DNA of 64,000 nucleotides from Eledone cirrhosa (Eukaryota): contig OZ024740.1 of NCBI GenBank assembly GCA_964016885.1, forward strand, positions 169,880,001-169,944,000, given 5' to 3'. Position 1 is the first letter of the stretch; every line of letters starts with the position of its first letter. Under the pieces are notes generated by a model, which worked only from the letters and a program-made list of their open reading frames with translations, was not told the DNA's origin and ran no database searches. Made by a program: the position numbers and the translations under genes. Positions 11,155 through 26,921 of this stretch are shown piece after piece.

Positions 11155-12650
11155 TTATTATTTCTTTATTGTCCTCTGTGACCGAAACATAAAGGGCAAT
11201 AAAATAACAGGGATTGTGGGGGATATAAACGTTTATAAAATGATAACAGCTAACAATTAATAACAAATTAATAACAACTGAGTTCCTCAATAGAAGGGGA
11301 TAACACCCTGGGTTAACCTAGGAAATCCGTAGATCCTAAACCGACTTAATCCCCATGATGACCATCGGAATGTGCCCTTCTCTTCTCTAACCTTCAGCCT
11401 ACAGGCTCGTACTTAGAGTAGGGTTATTGACTAGGAACATCCTCGTTACATTCGCCCACCTGTTAACAAATCTGCTGGGGTTAGAACTTACCTCTCCACC
11501 CTTACCTTCCCTTCCAAGTGGAACTTGAAAAATGTCTATCTTCGCTCTTTTAATTCACATCCACCACATAATCTATTTCACTACAGCCACAAGATAGAGG
11601 TCACCTGCACCCCCCGCCCCCCAATAAAAGAAAAAGAAATGAACCGCGGCGGGATGATTTTCACCATAGATTCGGTCGATAGCCGAATCCGAACTATAAT
11701 AACTGTTCGACAAAACGCCACAAGTCACCAATGCTTAGATGTTCAACGAGTGCGTGCCGAACAGTTTCATTGCATTGCACGCATCTCCGACAAGTCCGTC
11801 TGACAACACTACTGAGCCTTTAGAGTTTGTCTCGCAACGGCAGTGCCAACTGTACCCCCCCCCCCCCTAGTAGAACTGCCAAAGCTTCTGGAAATTATCA
11901 TTAGTCTCAGGCTCGAAAACGGTACAGGTTGGTTAGTTCAATTTCGTCGACGCCTAGAGTTTCTCTGAGAACATCGTAGCTCTTGCACACCACTATTTCT
12001 CTATAGCATGCTAGAGTGCAATTTCCACTGATCACATTGCAAGATTAGTAGAAGGCTGTGAGCCCCTGACACCATTCTAGATGCTAGTTGCTCAGTTTCG
12101 GGCTTCGCTTGACAAACAAGTGCATCTCAGTCAAAGAGACGAGCTGTGGATAAACATGTCTCACAAACTAAAACCACACTTGTTCACCGTTTAGGAATAC
12201 TAGAGATGCCGTAGTCTCAACTCATGTATGGACATCATCAGCCACGGCGTACCCAACTCTCTATGTAGAGGGTGTTGGCAACAGATATAAAGTCACACCA
12301 GTGGAACCTTCCCCTTCCACAAAAGTTTGAAGAGCAGACACTCCAAATCTGTGAGGCGCAAGCAAGGGGGAAAGCATGACGGTCAGCCGGTAATACATGA
12401 CAGATCCAATGTGTGAGTTCGATATCTCTGCCCGACCGTTCAGGGATAGCTTCCTCACGGGCCATTTATGGGTGCGAATGGCCACTGTGCTCGTTACCTT
12501 GTCCCAGTTCTTATCCCTAGAATCCGAGCAACTTTACCAGTCCGTTCGTCTAGCGTCCGACGACGCTGTTGAATAGCAAGGATTTGCGTGTCTAGGTGCC
12601 TAGCTGCAAACTCAACAACGTTTCCGTGTTGATCTTTGCTCCTACAAATG
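11155..12650 (-). mobile_element. Decayed 5'-truncated Tx1 copy related to the 4547-10576 element
   Basis: Reverse complement of 12240-12620 aligns by eye to ORF2 9060-9480 (RKLSLNGRAEI, YYRLTV); 3' end AATAAAGAAAT followed by ATT/ATC repeats. Confidence 0.8.
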
Positions 12651-13065
12651 CAGCGCCCAGGAGCAGGCTCTTCGAACTAACTCTATTAAACACCATGTTG
12701 ACAAAACGATATAATCACCATTATGTATAATGTGCCGAACCAAACGGAGAAACGTTCAGCTATATTGTAAGCGAATCCGCTAAGTTGGCACAGCCAGAAT
12801 ACAAAAGACGACATGATAATGTTGCCAGATATACCTATTGCATGTTAACTGAGAAATGCTGGTTATGAACATGAAATGGTATGAACAGAGACCACAAGGG
12901 GTGTGTTAAAGAATAACGAATTTAAGCGTTTGTGATTTTGATTTTTATTCTTTTAATATAACAAGGTCAATCTGTCTATGTATCGACCTATCTAGCTACA
13001 CCCACACAAACACACATCACATACACAAACAAACACACACACACACATGCCCCCCCCCCCCCCCC

Positions 13066-13110
<45 letters not shown>

Positions 13111-13282
13111 ATATATATATATATACAGGGGAAATGATGGAAAGGAGAGAGTGAGGGAGTGTGAGACAGATTTGCTTTTAGTATTGCTTGGTATTTACTG
13201 TTTGTTCATGCTCCTCCCCAAACACCTTTGTTTATGATATGGTTACTGTTGTTTAAATGCACACAAACATGTAAATACCAAG

Positions 13283-13349
<67 letters not shown>

Positions 13350-14367
13350 CAAGACAGGAGATCCACTTGTGGGGACGGACGGCTTGAAAGTGTAATTAAT
13401 CTTAGCTCCTGGCAAATAAACCTGTCTACCTTCTAGTTTATAGTAAACATCCGACATATTTATTCAGCAGCCTTATACCTGTTCTATTTGCTTTTTGACT
13501 CTTCTTCGAATGTGGTCATGCACAGGCTCTGGATATATTTTTTTAAATATAGAAGAATATGTCTGTTCACTTAATATAATTTGATAGACCTTTCTTTTTT
13601 GAGCTATTTCTTCCAGAAAACTTAATTCAGAAACTAAACATTGAGAGACCATTTATCTCTGTACCGGCCATTACTGAGACCTACGTTGTCGTTAGTTCTT
13701 TGCCGTTTTTATCCTATCAAGTATAGTGGAAGACACCTCACCTGAGGAAGTAGTTCAATTTGGGGAGATGGCTAATGCAATGGTTATCATTGCCTGTTAT
13801 ACATAACAATGCTTTCGCCATCTTCCCCGCAAAGAGCCACTGACATATACCCACAGGATAATGGTATAGAATTTTTACCCGCCTCTTTTTCTTTTCTTTT
13901 TTTTTTTTTGTTTATCCCCATCTCTTACTCTTTTTTGCTGTAAATATGTGAAATATCATATGTTCTCTGTTTTATTTCTTGCCGCTTGCAGAGCTGTTCG
14001 GTGATGAACCTTTAGTGATGACAAGCACCTATTCAACCTACAACTTTGACACATTTCCTTTATCGGAATGCAAGAATATGTAGCCATGCACAACCAAATT
14101 TTAACTTCCTTCATTTACTGTTCCTTCGAAAATTTCCAGAATTGAGTTTCACAACTAAAAAGCATGTAGAATATTATATGTTATGGAAAGCCTTTTCCAG
14201 ACTTATGTTTCTGTGTATGAATCAACCGTAGTCGATTTTGGGAGCAACAGAGATGAGTGATTGTTTGAATTCTTTGAATATAAATCAGCAACGTTATTTA
14301 GATCGATGATTGTCTATTATTTGCATCAATATATTCTCTCTAATTGAAATATTATTATTATTAATAT

Positions 14368-14452
14368 TAACTTTGCCTTTCATCCTTACGGGGTCCATAA
14401 AATAAAGTACCGGTAATGCACTGGCCTTGTGCCAAAAGTAGAAACAATTATT
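14368..14452 (+). mobile_element. tRNA-derived SINE family 1, 3' fragment
   Basis: ctttgcctttcatccttacggggtc-ataaaataaagtacc...gccttgtgccaaaagtagaaacaattatt, shared with other copies. Confidence 0.8.
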
Positions 14453-14536
14453 ATTAATATTAATAAATATAATAATATTATTAGTATTAGAATTAGTAGA
14501 AGAAGAAAAAGAAAAGAAGTAGAATATATATATATA

Positions 14537-14568
<32 letters not shown>

Positions 14569-15970
14569 TTGTGTGCAGGCATGTGTGACTTCATGTTAAT
14601 ATTTATATGTGTGTCAAACAAGTGTGTAACTACAGTTAGATGTTGTTACATTGGTTTGTCTCGTGTTGGATTGTATTCCACGGTTAAGACAGCTGTCGTG
14701 TGCAGAATGGAAATATAAATATATATTACAAGGAAACTGTGTCTACATCTTTTGCTTAATATACATTTACTGATTGCTTGAAATGTTAAAACATACTAAG
14801 GTTTTGTTATTGAACCTATTTTTGGAAGCGAATCACTTTCTTAATTATATCAAATTCAAAATCACCTTTTGGTGTAAAGCTAACAGACATTCAACAATTA
14901 ATTTTATTTATTTCCTTATAAAGCTGATTATTATTCCTTTCTGTAGATATTTCCATATATTTCTGAAACCTTCCTTCTTCATTTCAACCCTTCACTCTAC
15001 AGCAAATTAAATGGGATTATTCTAAACAATCATATTTGTAGTCAATCTATGTAACTATCTTTCCAAGCCAAGATTTTACGCTTTGGCAAATGATAAGATC
15101 TTCATTAGTAATGTCACATTTTATCCAACTGTTCTAGGGTTCCCATTTTCATTTCCTAACTTTATGTCAGAATTTGTCTTTGTGAAGGCGTTTTAAACAA
15201 TTTCTCGTTTTATCAGTCAATCCTTTAGGGATTAAAACGAAGGAATTTAAGTTACCTGTAGTTTTTCGTTTTGCTTTATTTGGAACCAATCTTACAGATT
15301 TGTTCCCTGCCAACTTTACTTGTTCTCAGCAAAGCATTAATTATTTGTGAGTATGGCCGGGGAGCTATGACATTTGTTACAATACCTGCAACGTCAAATT
15401 ATGTTGAAGGTTGGTTGATAAAGATTCTGCTAACAATCGATTAAGAAAATCTTTTACAAAATTCTCATGTAAAAAACGCCTATCATGATACCTGCTTCAC
15501 ATGTTTGTTTTTTTTTGTAATTTATCAGGTATAGAGAGGGAAATACTTCTAACAAAGCTCTAGAAGGGTACTTTATTTATAAATCTCTAAAGATGAAACA
15601 AAAAGTTAAACTTGTTGATCTATGAACTCAGATTTCAAAATGCCTTACAAATATACACATTTATACGTGTGTATGCGCGTGTGTGTGTATACACAAATTC
15701 ATTTCAACAACGAGAGGATTAGAACTCGCCATATTAGAGAGAATAAACATATATGTTAGTTATTATCTGTGACGCTAGATCGTGGTTTCAAAGGTCTGAG
15801 AAGTATTGTGTCCAAATACATGCTAATATCAAGCACTTGTCACAAAACTCTCTGACCCTGTGTCACGCATGTAGTCTCAAACTAATAAAGACACATACAG
15901 ATACACACACGCACACATACATATATATGTATACACACACACACATATATATATATATATTTATACATAC

Positions 15971-16012
<42 letters not shown>

Positions 16013-16883
16013 GGAGAGAGAGAGAGAGAGAGGGACAGAGAGAAAGAGATGGGAGAGGGAGAAACAGGGCGAATGGGGAAAAGGAAATCTCCAGGGTATT
16101 ATTCAATTGGTTTCTCTCAACTAATGTGATTATCTCCGAAACAGAATCAACGTTAGCATCATTTTCCTGAACATAAGCGAAAGAGCATTAAAGAGAATTT
16201 CATCATATAATTAAAGTCCCTCAAGATTTTCTGTATCTTTCTCAAGATTACATTACACCCAGTCCGATAATATATAGGCGCTAGTCGAAAGCGTGCACAC
16301 ACAGAGAAACACATATATAATTACATACATACAAATATATATACACACACAGACACACAAACACAGAAATACACATACGGACAAACAAACACAGACACAC
16401 ATACATACACACACACCTTATATATATATATATATATACATATATATATTTACATAAAGTGAGTGGGAGGGGGAGAGTGATAAAGAGTGATGTTATATAT
16501 ATTGTGGAAAAACTAGAGAAAGGGAGAGAGCAAGACAATGTGTGTGAGACATCGCTTTTCAAATAGATAGATCTCCATTGAATCCGAACAAGAAATGACC
16601 TCGAGCATTAAACAATAGCTTGCAATTTACTTTCAAACTGATATTTGCTAATAAATATACCTAAGCCATCCAACCTCTCCAACAAGCATATATACAACCA
16701 CACATAACCACCTTCACACAACATTATGAATTCATGTATACAAGCTCTCAATCTAGATTATATACCTATACATTATAGGCTATGGTTGTCAATACTCCGT
16801 TACCTATATACACAGAGAGAGTGACGTTGAACAGCATTATCAAGCAATTACCATTTGCAGACGTGGTAAACCTTACATACATA

Positions 16884-16919
<36 letters not shown>

Positions 16920-17011
16920 CATACATGCACACATGTATGCATATATACATACGCAAACATAAATTCATAAATATGTACATATTTATTTATGTACATATAT
17001 ATGTACATATA

Positions 17012-17057
<46 letters not shown>

Positions 17058-17061
17058 TATA

Positions 17062-17097
<36 letters not shown>

Positions 17098-17124
17098 TAC
17101 ATATTTATGAATATATATATATAA

Positions 17125-17179
<55 letters not shown>

Positions 17180-17327
17180 AACATATGCGCGTGTGTGTTT
17201 GTGTGTGTTTGTGTATACATTTATGCATATGTGAGCTTATGTATATATGTATGTATGGATGTGTGTGTATAGAATGTTAGATGTATATATGCATTTATGG
17301 ATGTATGTACGTATAGATATTTATATT

Positions 17328-17405
<78 letters not shown>

Positions 17406-17605
17406 AACACATACGTTCATTCATTTACACATTCATACAAAGAACAGCAAGTTGTTTACGCAAAAGAACATGAGAATGCTGTCGGAACTGACAGAGATAT
17501 TAGTCAAGTTCTAGTCTATTATTCAATGCGTCTTTCAATGATGTTTTCACCAATTTATAACCAGGGAGAATTTGGTGCTTGAGGTATACACTATAGATTA
17601 ATTAC

Positions 17606-17969
<364 letters not shown>

Positions 17970-18062
17970 ATGTATATATATATCTATATATATTTATATG
18001 TGTAAGTGTGTATATATGTATATATATATATATTTATATGTGTAAGTGTGTATGTATGTATG

Positions 18063-18101
<39 letters not shown>

Positions 18102-18378
18102 GGGGTAACAAATTATTGTTTAAGGTAGTCCACTTAGGTGTTGTCCAGTATTAACTGGATAGTATTAACGCTTGGCTAAGTTTGACTCAACAAGACGTTT
18201 CCATACATGAATAGACTGGTTATAACAAAGTATTGGTGATCGATTGACGCAAAAACAGGCGGGTAGCGATCTCTAGACCTACCAGTTCAGAGAAACAATT
18301 GTCAGCAATGTGATTAAAGCCCTTATTGTATAGCAAACCATGTCACTCTTCTTTCTTGATTTATATATATATATGTAC

Positions 18379-18468
<90 letters not shown>

Positions 18469-18600
18469 GTATATATATATATACATTTTTTACAAAATGA
18501 AAAAAAAACGAGGTGTCCTACACGAGTGAAAGTATAAGGAGAAAAGATGAAATCGAAAATGCAACTGGAGTGTTTGTTTTTTTTAATATATATTTATTTG

Positions 18601-18643
18601 CCTCCTTTACCGGTTTCACAGTTCTTCTGCTTTTCAAAAGTAG
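18601..18643 (-). ncRNA. Minimal hammerhead, U3-A8 variant, in a (TA)n-flanked element (about 18485-18676)
   Basis: Minus strand: CUACUU-UUGAAAA-GCAG(AAGAA)CUGU-GAAA-CCGG-UA-AAGGAG, followed by AAUAAA. Confidence 0.6.
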
Positions 18644-18672
18644 AATTGAGATGGAGGCTTTGTGGTTTTTCT

Positions 18673-18727
<55 letters not shown>

Positions 18728-19212
18728 GTAATTAATCCATAGTGTATATTTCAAGTACCAAATTCTTCCTGGTTATAAAATTGTGAACACACATATATAT
18801 ATGTATGTATGTGCCTGTATGTGTGTGTTGTGTGTGGGTGTCAAATCAAACTTCTGATTGCTACTAGCACATTGTAACCCATGGTAACGAACTTGATTGT
18901 CGGGAGCTCTTCGACTAAACCCTCTTAATACTGTATGGCTCGACTGAAATGTCCTGTATGTTTAACATGTAATTTCATGTAATTTATGCTTTTCCTTTGT
19001 AAAATATTCCAGGACAGGGTTTGGCTTTCTTCTTCAGCACTGACCCCTAATATACCTGCGGTATCGTTTGTGGGGCTCAAAAATGTGTACGTCATTTTGA
19101 TGGCTATATACCACTTAGATTCTTTTAACTGATGCCAATTGTGCTACACACACGCTCACACGCACGTACACCTACTGACACACACACATATATATATATA
19201 TGTATATATATA

Positions 19213-19262
<50 letters not shown>

Positions 19263-19328
19263 AGATACACGTACACATAGCTACATATATATATATATAC
19301 GTATATATCTATATATATATATATATAC

Positions 19329-19496
<168 letters not shown>

Positions 19497-19499
19497 GAA

Positions 19500-19703
19500 C
19501 GATCGACTTTCGTCAAATCAGACCGAGGAAACAATGTTTCAATTAGTCTTTCCAATTGCTAATACTATCTATCGGTCACAACTCCAGGTAGAAGGAGCAA
19601 CGTGAAATAAAGTGGCTTGCTCAAGGACAGAACGCATCGCCAGGCCCGCGAATTGAACTCACTACCTCACAATTGCGAATCCAATTCTCTAAGTACTCAG
19701 CCA
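19500..19703 (-). mobile_element. tRNA-derived SINE family 2
   Basis: Reverse complement of the copy at 54628-54830; A-box tggctgagtact and B-box gagttcaattcg. Confidence 0.8.
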
Positions 19704-19852
19704 TAAATATACAGTGTCCCGCCTTTACCAGTTTTACTCAATGGCTGAAATAATTGAAAGAGTAATCAATGAATTAGTTTTATACAACTTGTATAAATGT
19801 AAAGAGAAAATATACCTATCTTCTTCTTCAATGTCCCGACTGTACTGCAACA

Positions 19853-19888
<36 letters not shown>

Positions 19889-20232
19889 TTATTACTCGCC
19901 AAACGCCCAGCATTTACCTCCCTTCGGCAATCGTTATACCACGTGACAATTCTCCCTCCCGAGAACGTTTTGCTTCTAGTAGCCAGTTCAAGAATTTGTC
20001 CTTTCATTGAAGGTTATCATGAAAACGATAGTTTCACGGCCCTTATGCAGTTTGGTTGCACTTTTGCTGCATACCAGTCGGGGAAACTGTAGTCGGGATT
20101 TTGTAGAGAATATTAGGCGTATTTTGTCTGTTTATTTTCACATTTATAAATTCTATATAGCACTGATTTTATTCTATTAATTCTTTCAGTAATTGAGCAA
20201 AACTGACAAAGGTGAGACATCACATATATACA

Positions 20233-20261
<29 letters not shown>

Positions 20262-20268
<7 letters not shown>

Positions 20269-21099
20269 CGTGACTATCTCCCCCTCCGCCTTTTGGGATT
20301 CTTTCTCACGTCGTGTAGACGCGTTCTTGAGACTAGTAAAATGAGGTATCCTCTTGATAAGTCGGCAGACCTCGCAGGGACTCTATGTCTTTATGATATA
20401 TTGTTTTTGTTTATGCCACGAAACTACGTAGTCGAGGAATTTAGGAGCAGTTTAGGTATGATACATTTTATTACTAATTATATCTAAATGTTTCTTCTCT
20501 CTTCATAATGTATTTTTAACTCTGATACTGGTTCAGTCTAGTTCAACTGAATTGGTCTGTCCCAGTCATTCATTGAGCAACATCGGTGAAGTTGGCACCC
20601 TTAACTCACAGTTGGGTGCGGATGCATTCATGTATATATGTGTGTGTCCGCATGTATCTGTGTGTTTCTAAATATATTGTTAATAACTCCCTCTGGTCGA
20701 GCAATCTTTGAAGTGTGGGGACAGCTGGAAAGCTTCCATTACTCATTCTTCTCGCCTTCTTCACCACCTCTTCTACGGCCTCGATATAAATACCCCCTCC
20801 GCCTCCGTGGTATTTTCTTCGGGGTTATAAGAGGCTTAGCTCTGTTTCTCGACCGTTATATCGCGTGACTATCTCCCCCTCCGCCTTTTGGGATTCTTTC
20901 TCACGTCGTGTAGACGCGTTCTTGAGACTAGTAAAATGAGGTATCCTCTTGATAAGTCGGCAGACCTCGCAGGGACTCTATGTCTTTATGATATATTGTT
21001 TTTGTTTATGCCACGAAATTACGTAGTCGAGGAATTTAGGAGCAGTTTAGGTATGATACATTTTATTACTAATTATATCTAAATGTTTCTTCTCTCTTC

Positions 21100-21104
<5 letters not shown>
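20262..21104 (+). mobile_element. Retrozyme-like element: 595-bp unit with about 245-bp direct repeats (20262-20509, 20857-21104), each with an HHR; (TA)n flanks
   Basis: Near-identical direct repeats seen directly; HHRs at 20345-20442 and 20940-21037. Confidence 0.8.
20345..20442 (+). ncRNA. Hammerhead ribozyme, U3-A8 variant (second copy 20940-21037)
   Basis: GGUAUCCUC-UUGAUAA-GUCGGCA...UGCCAC-GAAA-CUACGUAG(palindrome)-UC-GAGGAAUUU. Confidence 0.7.
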
Positions 21105-21894
<790 letters not shown>

Positions 21895-22144
21895 CACTTA
21901 TGTATCTATGTGTATATGTATCTTATTATTTTGTTCCACCTCCCTTAAGGTCTGCTTCAAGCCAGTCACGAATCTGGTATTTTTTAAAACCAGGAAGACT
22001 GGGCTTTTTTAGAAAGCTAAATCACTGGGTTATAAGAGTTTTCTAAGTTGTTACAGATGCCATCCATTGCTCGATCTACCCTAGTACTTTACCGATGATG
22101 GCCCGGGGTAACTTATTCGTCTGGTATGTGGTGGGTGAAGAAGA

Positions 22145-22177
<33 letters not shown>

Positions 22178-23016
22178 CGAGAGAGAAAGTGAGCGAGGGA
22201 TGGGAAAATGTTGTGATTTCCCCTATCAATATTCAGTGTTCCCCCGCCGTAGGGTCGTTCAAATCCACAGATATGTGTAATCTCTACAATGCGTTCCAAG
22301 TAATCTTTCTCTTGATTGCATCACAAACTGTATTTGTATATATGATTGTACGTCCATGTGTGAACGTACGTGCGTGTGAGAGTGTGTGCGTGTGTATGTC
22401 TCTGTGATTTATATAACAGCCCTCTCACTTTAACTGTTGTTGATTTTAGCAAACCATACAAACGAGCTGAATCACGTAAACATAAAACTGCTTCTTTATC
22501 TTTCATGGACAATAACTTTGTAGAAAGATTATGTCTAAAGGACACAGCAGTCGTTTTTGAATCTAGCTGATTCATGTAGAAACTTGATTTCCTAATTGCA
22601 ATCTTAATTATCTTTGCTGAATGTATACAACACGGATCACTAACTAATGCTGTTGCGAACTGAGACTTTTATATACATTTAATTTGCATCTACATTAAAA
22701 ACTAACCTCTATACATCACTATAATTGGGGTCACGAATTCGGAGCCAAAATAATAAGAATAAAAACCAGATGACCGAAACAAGTTTCGGAAGAATCAAAC
22801 GCTATTAAACACTAACAATTGAGATTGATTATCGATTAGAGAAATTCTTTCTTTTATTTTCTTTAAACTTTTCTCACATTAAATAGATTTCACAAGAGGT
22901 TTAAAACTACGAAATAATTTCTCAGATTGGGTATGTTGAGCTGACTGTGCTGTTTGATGAGTTCACAGCATAGTTTCTATTTCAGGATATATGAGTAAGT
23001 GTGAATAAAGAAATTG

Positions 23017-23118
<102 letters not shown>

Positions 23119-23655
23119 GATAAACAATAGAGAACAATGATACGGCAAGTACAATGAAGAAATATATTAGTTTAACGTTTGATATAGTAGGTTAAAGAAA
23201 TGCGAGATAATTTAAAGAAACTGACCACTGGGTTTAATGTAAATCATATATTTAGGCTTACAATAAATATTTTATCTTTATTACAAGGTACGTTGAGAGC
23301 TAAAGACATGTTTTAGATATACTAAACCGTAGGAACAAACACTATTCTACTAATGTTTACATTATTTACTGGTTCGAAACTTTTAGAAAAAAAAAGATAC
23401 TTCAAAGAATTTTAGTTAGTACTATTTGTATAATTATATGTCAGGCAATGGTATGCATCTAGGTAGTTTCAGCATGAAGTACATAAACAATTAAAAATAC
23501 ACTAATATTGGACTTTATGTGTGTGTGTTTGTATGTTTGTTTGTATGTATGCATATATGTACGTATCTGTCTATTGGTATGTATGTGTTTATATGACAGG
23601 TGTATATATATATATATATATTTATATTAGATGTATTATGTTATATATATACATG

Positions 23656-23695
<40 letters not shown>

Positions 23696-24141
23696 CGTAT
23701 ATATATAATACATATATATATATTTTATATATGGCGGCTGCCAACTCGTTTTCGAGTACGGCCACTACTTTATATCCATGTAGGAGAACTCCTACCGATG
23801 CGCTGAACGAGTGTGACTTTTTAGTCCAGCCAGCGACTTGAAAACTCTGGTACAAACACTACACTTGTGACAATTATTGACACATAGTGCTGGGCCCATG
23901 GTACCATGTGACGACAAGTGCAGAGAGATCTCCAGATATAAAGCAATACCTGTGCCGTGAAGCTTTTATAGTGAGCAAAGGCACTGCACAAAGCCAGTCC
24001 CGCTCTCTTAACCAAGAAGATATTTACCAAAAAGAAGAAAAAGTCAACATCATTGGATACCATCTGGGTTGCGGGTGTTATATCACAGTTTTCCTTCTCC
24101 TAGAATTCTGCCTTGACAAAGGCTAAGGGGTCATCTCTCCC

Positions 24142-24189
<48 letters not shown>

Positions 24190-24386
24190 CCAGGGGGTGT
24201 AACTTGGAGTTACTGCAGGTTCACCCGGGAGAGCACTCGATGTTTAGGTTCACTTCTGTGTTGAGGTGTAGAGCTATACAGAGTGTAATATATTGAAAGG
24301 ATAACTGGGACGATTCGTTACTCCTTCATTATTCACAATAAATGTAATGAAGGAGTAACCAATCGTCCTTGTTATCCTTTCAATAT
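24190..24386. mobile_element. (TA)n-flanked fold-back element (arms about 24288-24331/24345-24387); no HHR core seen
   Basis: atattgaaaggataactgggacgattcgttactccttcatta vs taatgaaggagtaaccaatcgtccttgttatcctttcaatat. Confidence 0.6.
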
Positions 24387-24417
24387 ATATATATATATAA
24401 TATATATATATATATTT

Positions 24418-24458
<41 letters not shown>

Positions 24459-24462
<4 letters not shown>

Positions 24463-24623
24463 GTTTCTACTTTTGGCACAAGGCCAGCAATTCACCAGTA
24501 CATTACTGGTACTTTATTTTATCGACCCCGTAGCGGGATTTGAACTCAGATCATAAAGGGCCGTAACTCTTTGCTGCAAAGCATGGCGTCCGACCCTCTA
24601 CCGATACTGCCAATTCACCGCCC
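24459..24623 (-). mobile_element. tRNA-derived SINE family 1 (internal deletion)
   Basis: Minus strand head ggcggtgaattggcagtatcggtagag (A box), gagttcaaatccc (B box), conserved tail. Confidence 0.85.
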
Positions 24624-25852
24624 TTATATATATATATATATAATGTCCCGTAATGTTTGTTATACGCAACATCATTGCTATCCAATACGGTACCACCACC
24701 GCCACCTCTGTTATAAATACGATAGCTACTGACATGCGCATGGGCACCACAATAAGTATGATGACTAGCCCATCTAATATTAAGACTAGTTAAACCACTA
24801 CAATCAACGCATCATCATTTTCACAATACTAACTTCACCTAATGTAATATATATCGCATTTATATCCATCACCATCATTACCCTCACTTAATACTACCAT
24901 CGTCAATGAACCACCGTTACTAATCAACTCGACCATCAATGATAATGTCACCAGTAATGATTGCAAATCTCCAAAGGAATCTATTGATGGGTAAACAACT
25001 TTTGAGATGTGGACTACATTTATTTCATTGTTGTTATATAGAGATGACAAGACAAGGTCTCTTGGGAAGTTTGGATATCATGTATATGGCTCATCAGTTG
25101 AGTATGGTAAGATAGGCTTACTGCACGACTGAAGGCAAACGACAACCTACTGTCTGTGACATAAGCTAAAACATTATTTTATGTGTAGTTGTGTTTTTCC
25201 TTCAAGAACTATGTTTTTGTTGTTGTTCCTTTTATACCACCCCAAGTCCAACCTATGGTAATCAAAGACATTACAGTCATTACCATATCACATTTTCTAT
25301 TCAGACTTACTATATCTAAGACTACACTATTTAGTGTCTCCTGATATATATATTTTTCAAATGTAACTGCATATTCTAGGAATTAAGGCGAAGTGACAAC
25401 ATAGATCTCCTCTATAGACCCATTGTAGAAGAGGGATGATTCCTGTGTCCATTAAGGTGAAATCTATTGTACTATTGTGGAATCTATGACAGCTGTCGGC
25501 AATAATGGTGAGTGGAATCAAACATCGAATAGTTAGAGCACGGCTTGAAGAAATAACATTCATGTATAAAGCAATATGTGTAGAGCAGCATAATCATTCT
25601 CTTTACAAGTTTTACCCATGGTACGTTTTGAACCCAGTCATACGATGAGTTTTAAAGCAAGTTATAGATAATAGAATATTTTTTTTATTTCTCTGACGAA
25701 GAAATATATATTTTCATTTCAAGCCAGAATAAAAAGTGTACTGGATTGTCATATTTGCTAAAGGTAGCAACCAAATTTCTTTCATATCATGATCCTTGGT
25801 TTTATTCAGTGAAAAATAGTTTCAACAATGTATTCTTACATATCTCCTAAAA

Positions 25853-26034
25853 TAATTGTTTCTACTTTTGGCACAAGGCCAGTAATTATCCAGTGTATTA
25901 CTGGTACCTTATTTTATCGACCCCGTAAGGATGAAAGGCAAAGTTAACCTCGGCGGGATTTGAACTCAGATCGTAAAGGCCCATGCTGCAGAGCATGACG
26001 TCCAACTCTCTAACGATACAGCAACATACCGCCC
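25853..26034 (-). mobile_element. tRNA-derived SINE family 1
   Basis: B box plus gcctttcatccttacggggtcgataaaataa central motif (MetaSINE-like) and tail. Confidence 0.85.
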
Positions 26035-26845
26035 TAAAATAGTGGGATGATGACAGTTACAATGTTTTTGGTCTCCGGTTTGTTTCTTGGGACTAAACAT
26101 CGACAACATTATTGCCCGTTGAGGTTAAAAAGCTAGAATATGGCTTTGCCTATATGTCATACTCGCCTCACTCAATCGAGCTTGCTACTGACCAGAAAAT
26201 GTTTACAAACTTTGGGTTCGTCAGAAAATGTTTACAAACAGCAATGAAATAGGTAAAAGTATATGTAACCATTAATGTGTCCATTGATCAACGATAAAAG
26301 CCAAGTAACCATATTAAGGCGTTGAAAGCATATCAGCTTGTTGGAACACATCCTTCTCCAGATTATAAATTATTAACGGCATTTTCAGCAACACTGAATA
26401 TACATTGTAGACACGGCACATTACGAACTTTCTGTCACTATACGGCACATGACAAGTAACTATACAGTTTATTTTAATTCATCAAGGAAGATTCTATTAG
26501 GCCACTCGGGATTTTAGATATTGCAGCCTATAATTATATTTTAAATAAATATCAGTTATGTATATATTCACATCAAAGACGGAAAGATATGATCACGTAA
26601 ATCTGGTGAGCATCCAAATATCAGTGAAACGTGTAAAAGAAAACTCTGCATTTTTGCATGTGTGTGTGTAATAAGAGAAAAACGAAATGCATTTCACATT
26701 TAATTAGGTTTTAGCAGTACGGCTTATAATTCGAAAATGTAGGTATGGCTTTGAGGGTGTAATTATATATTTTCCCCAACACACACATACATATGTGTAG
26801 AGAGAGAGAAAGAGAGGGAGAGAGAGAGAGTGAGAGAGTGAGAGG

Positions 26846-26921
<76 letters not shown>

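Noticed and set aside
13810-15410. Candidate exons at about 13810-13863, 13992-14079 and 15298-15409
   Set aside because: Plausible acceptors but weak donors, inconsistent phases and no recognisable protein
22321-22575. 84-aa minus ORF and 66-aa plus ORF
   Set aside because: No recognisable motif or splice context
24540-24623. tRNA genes at SINE heads (also 54628, 60362, 31600)
   Set aside because: A and B boxes are present but there is no cloverleaf, and they are attached to SINE bodies
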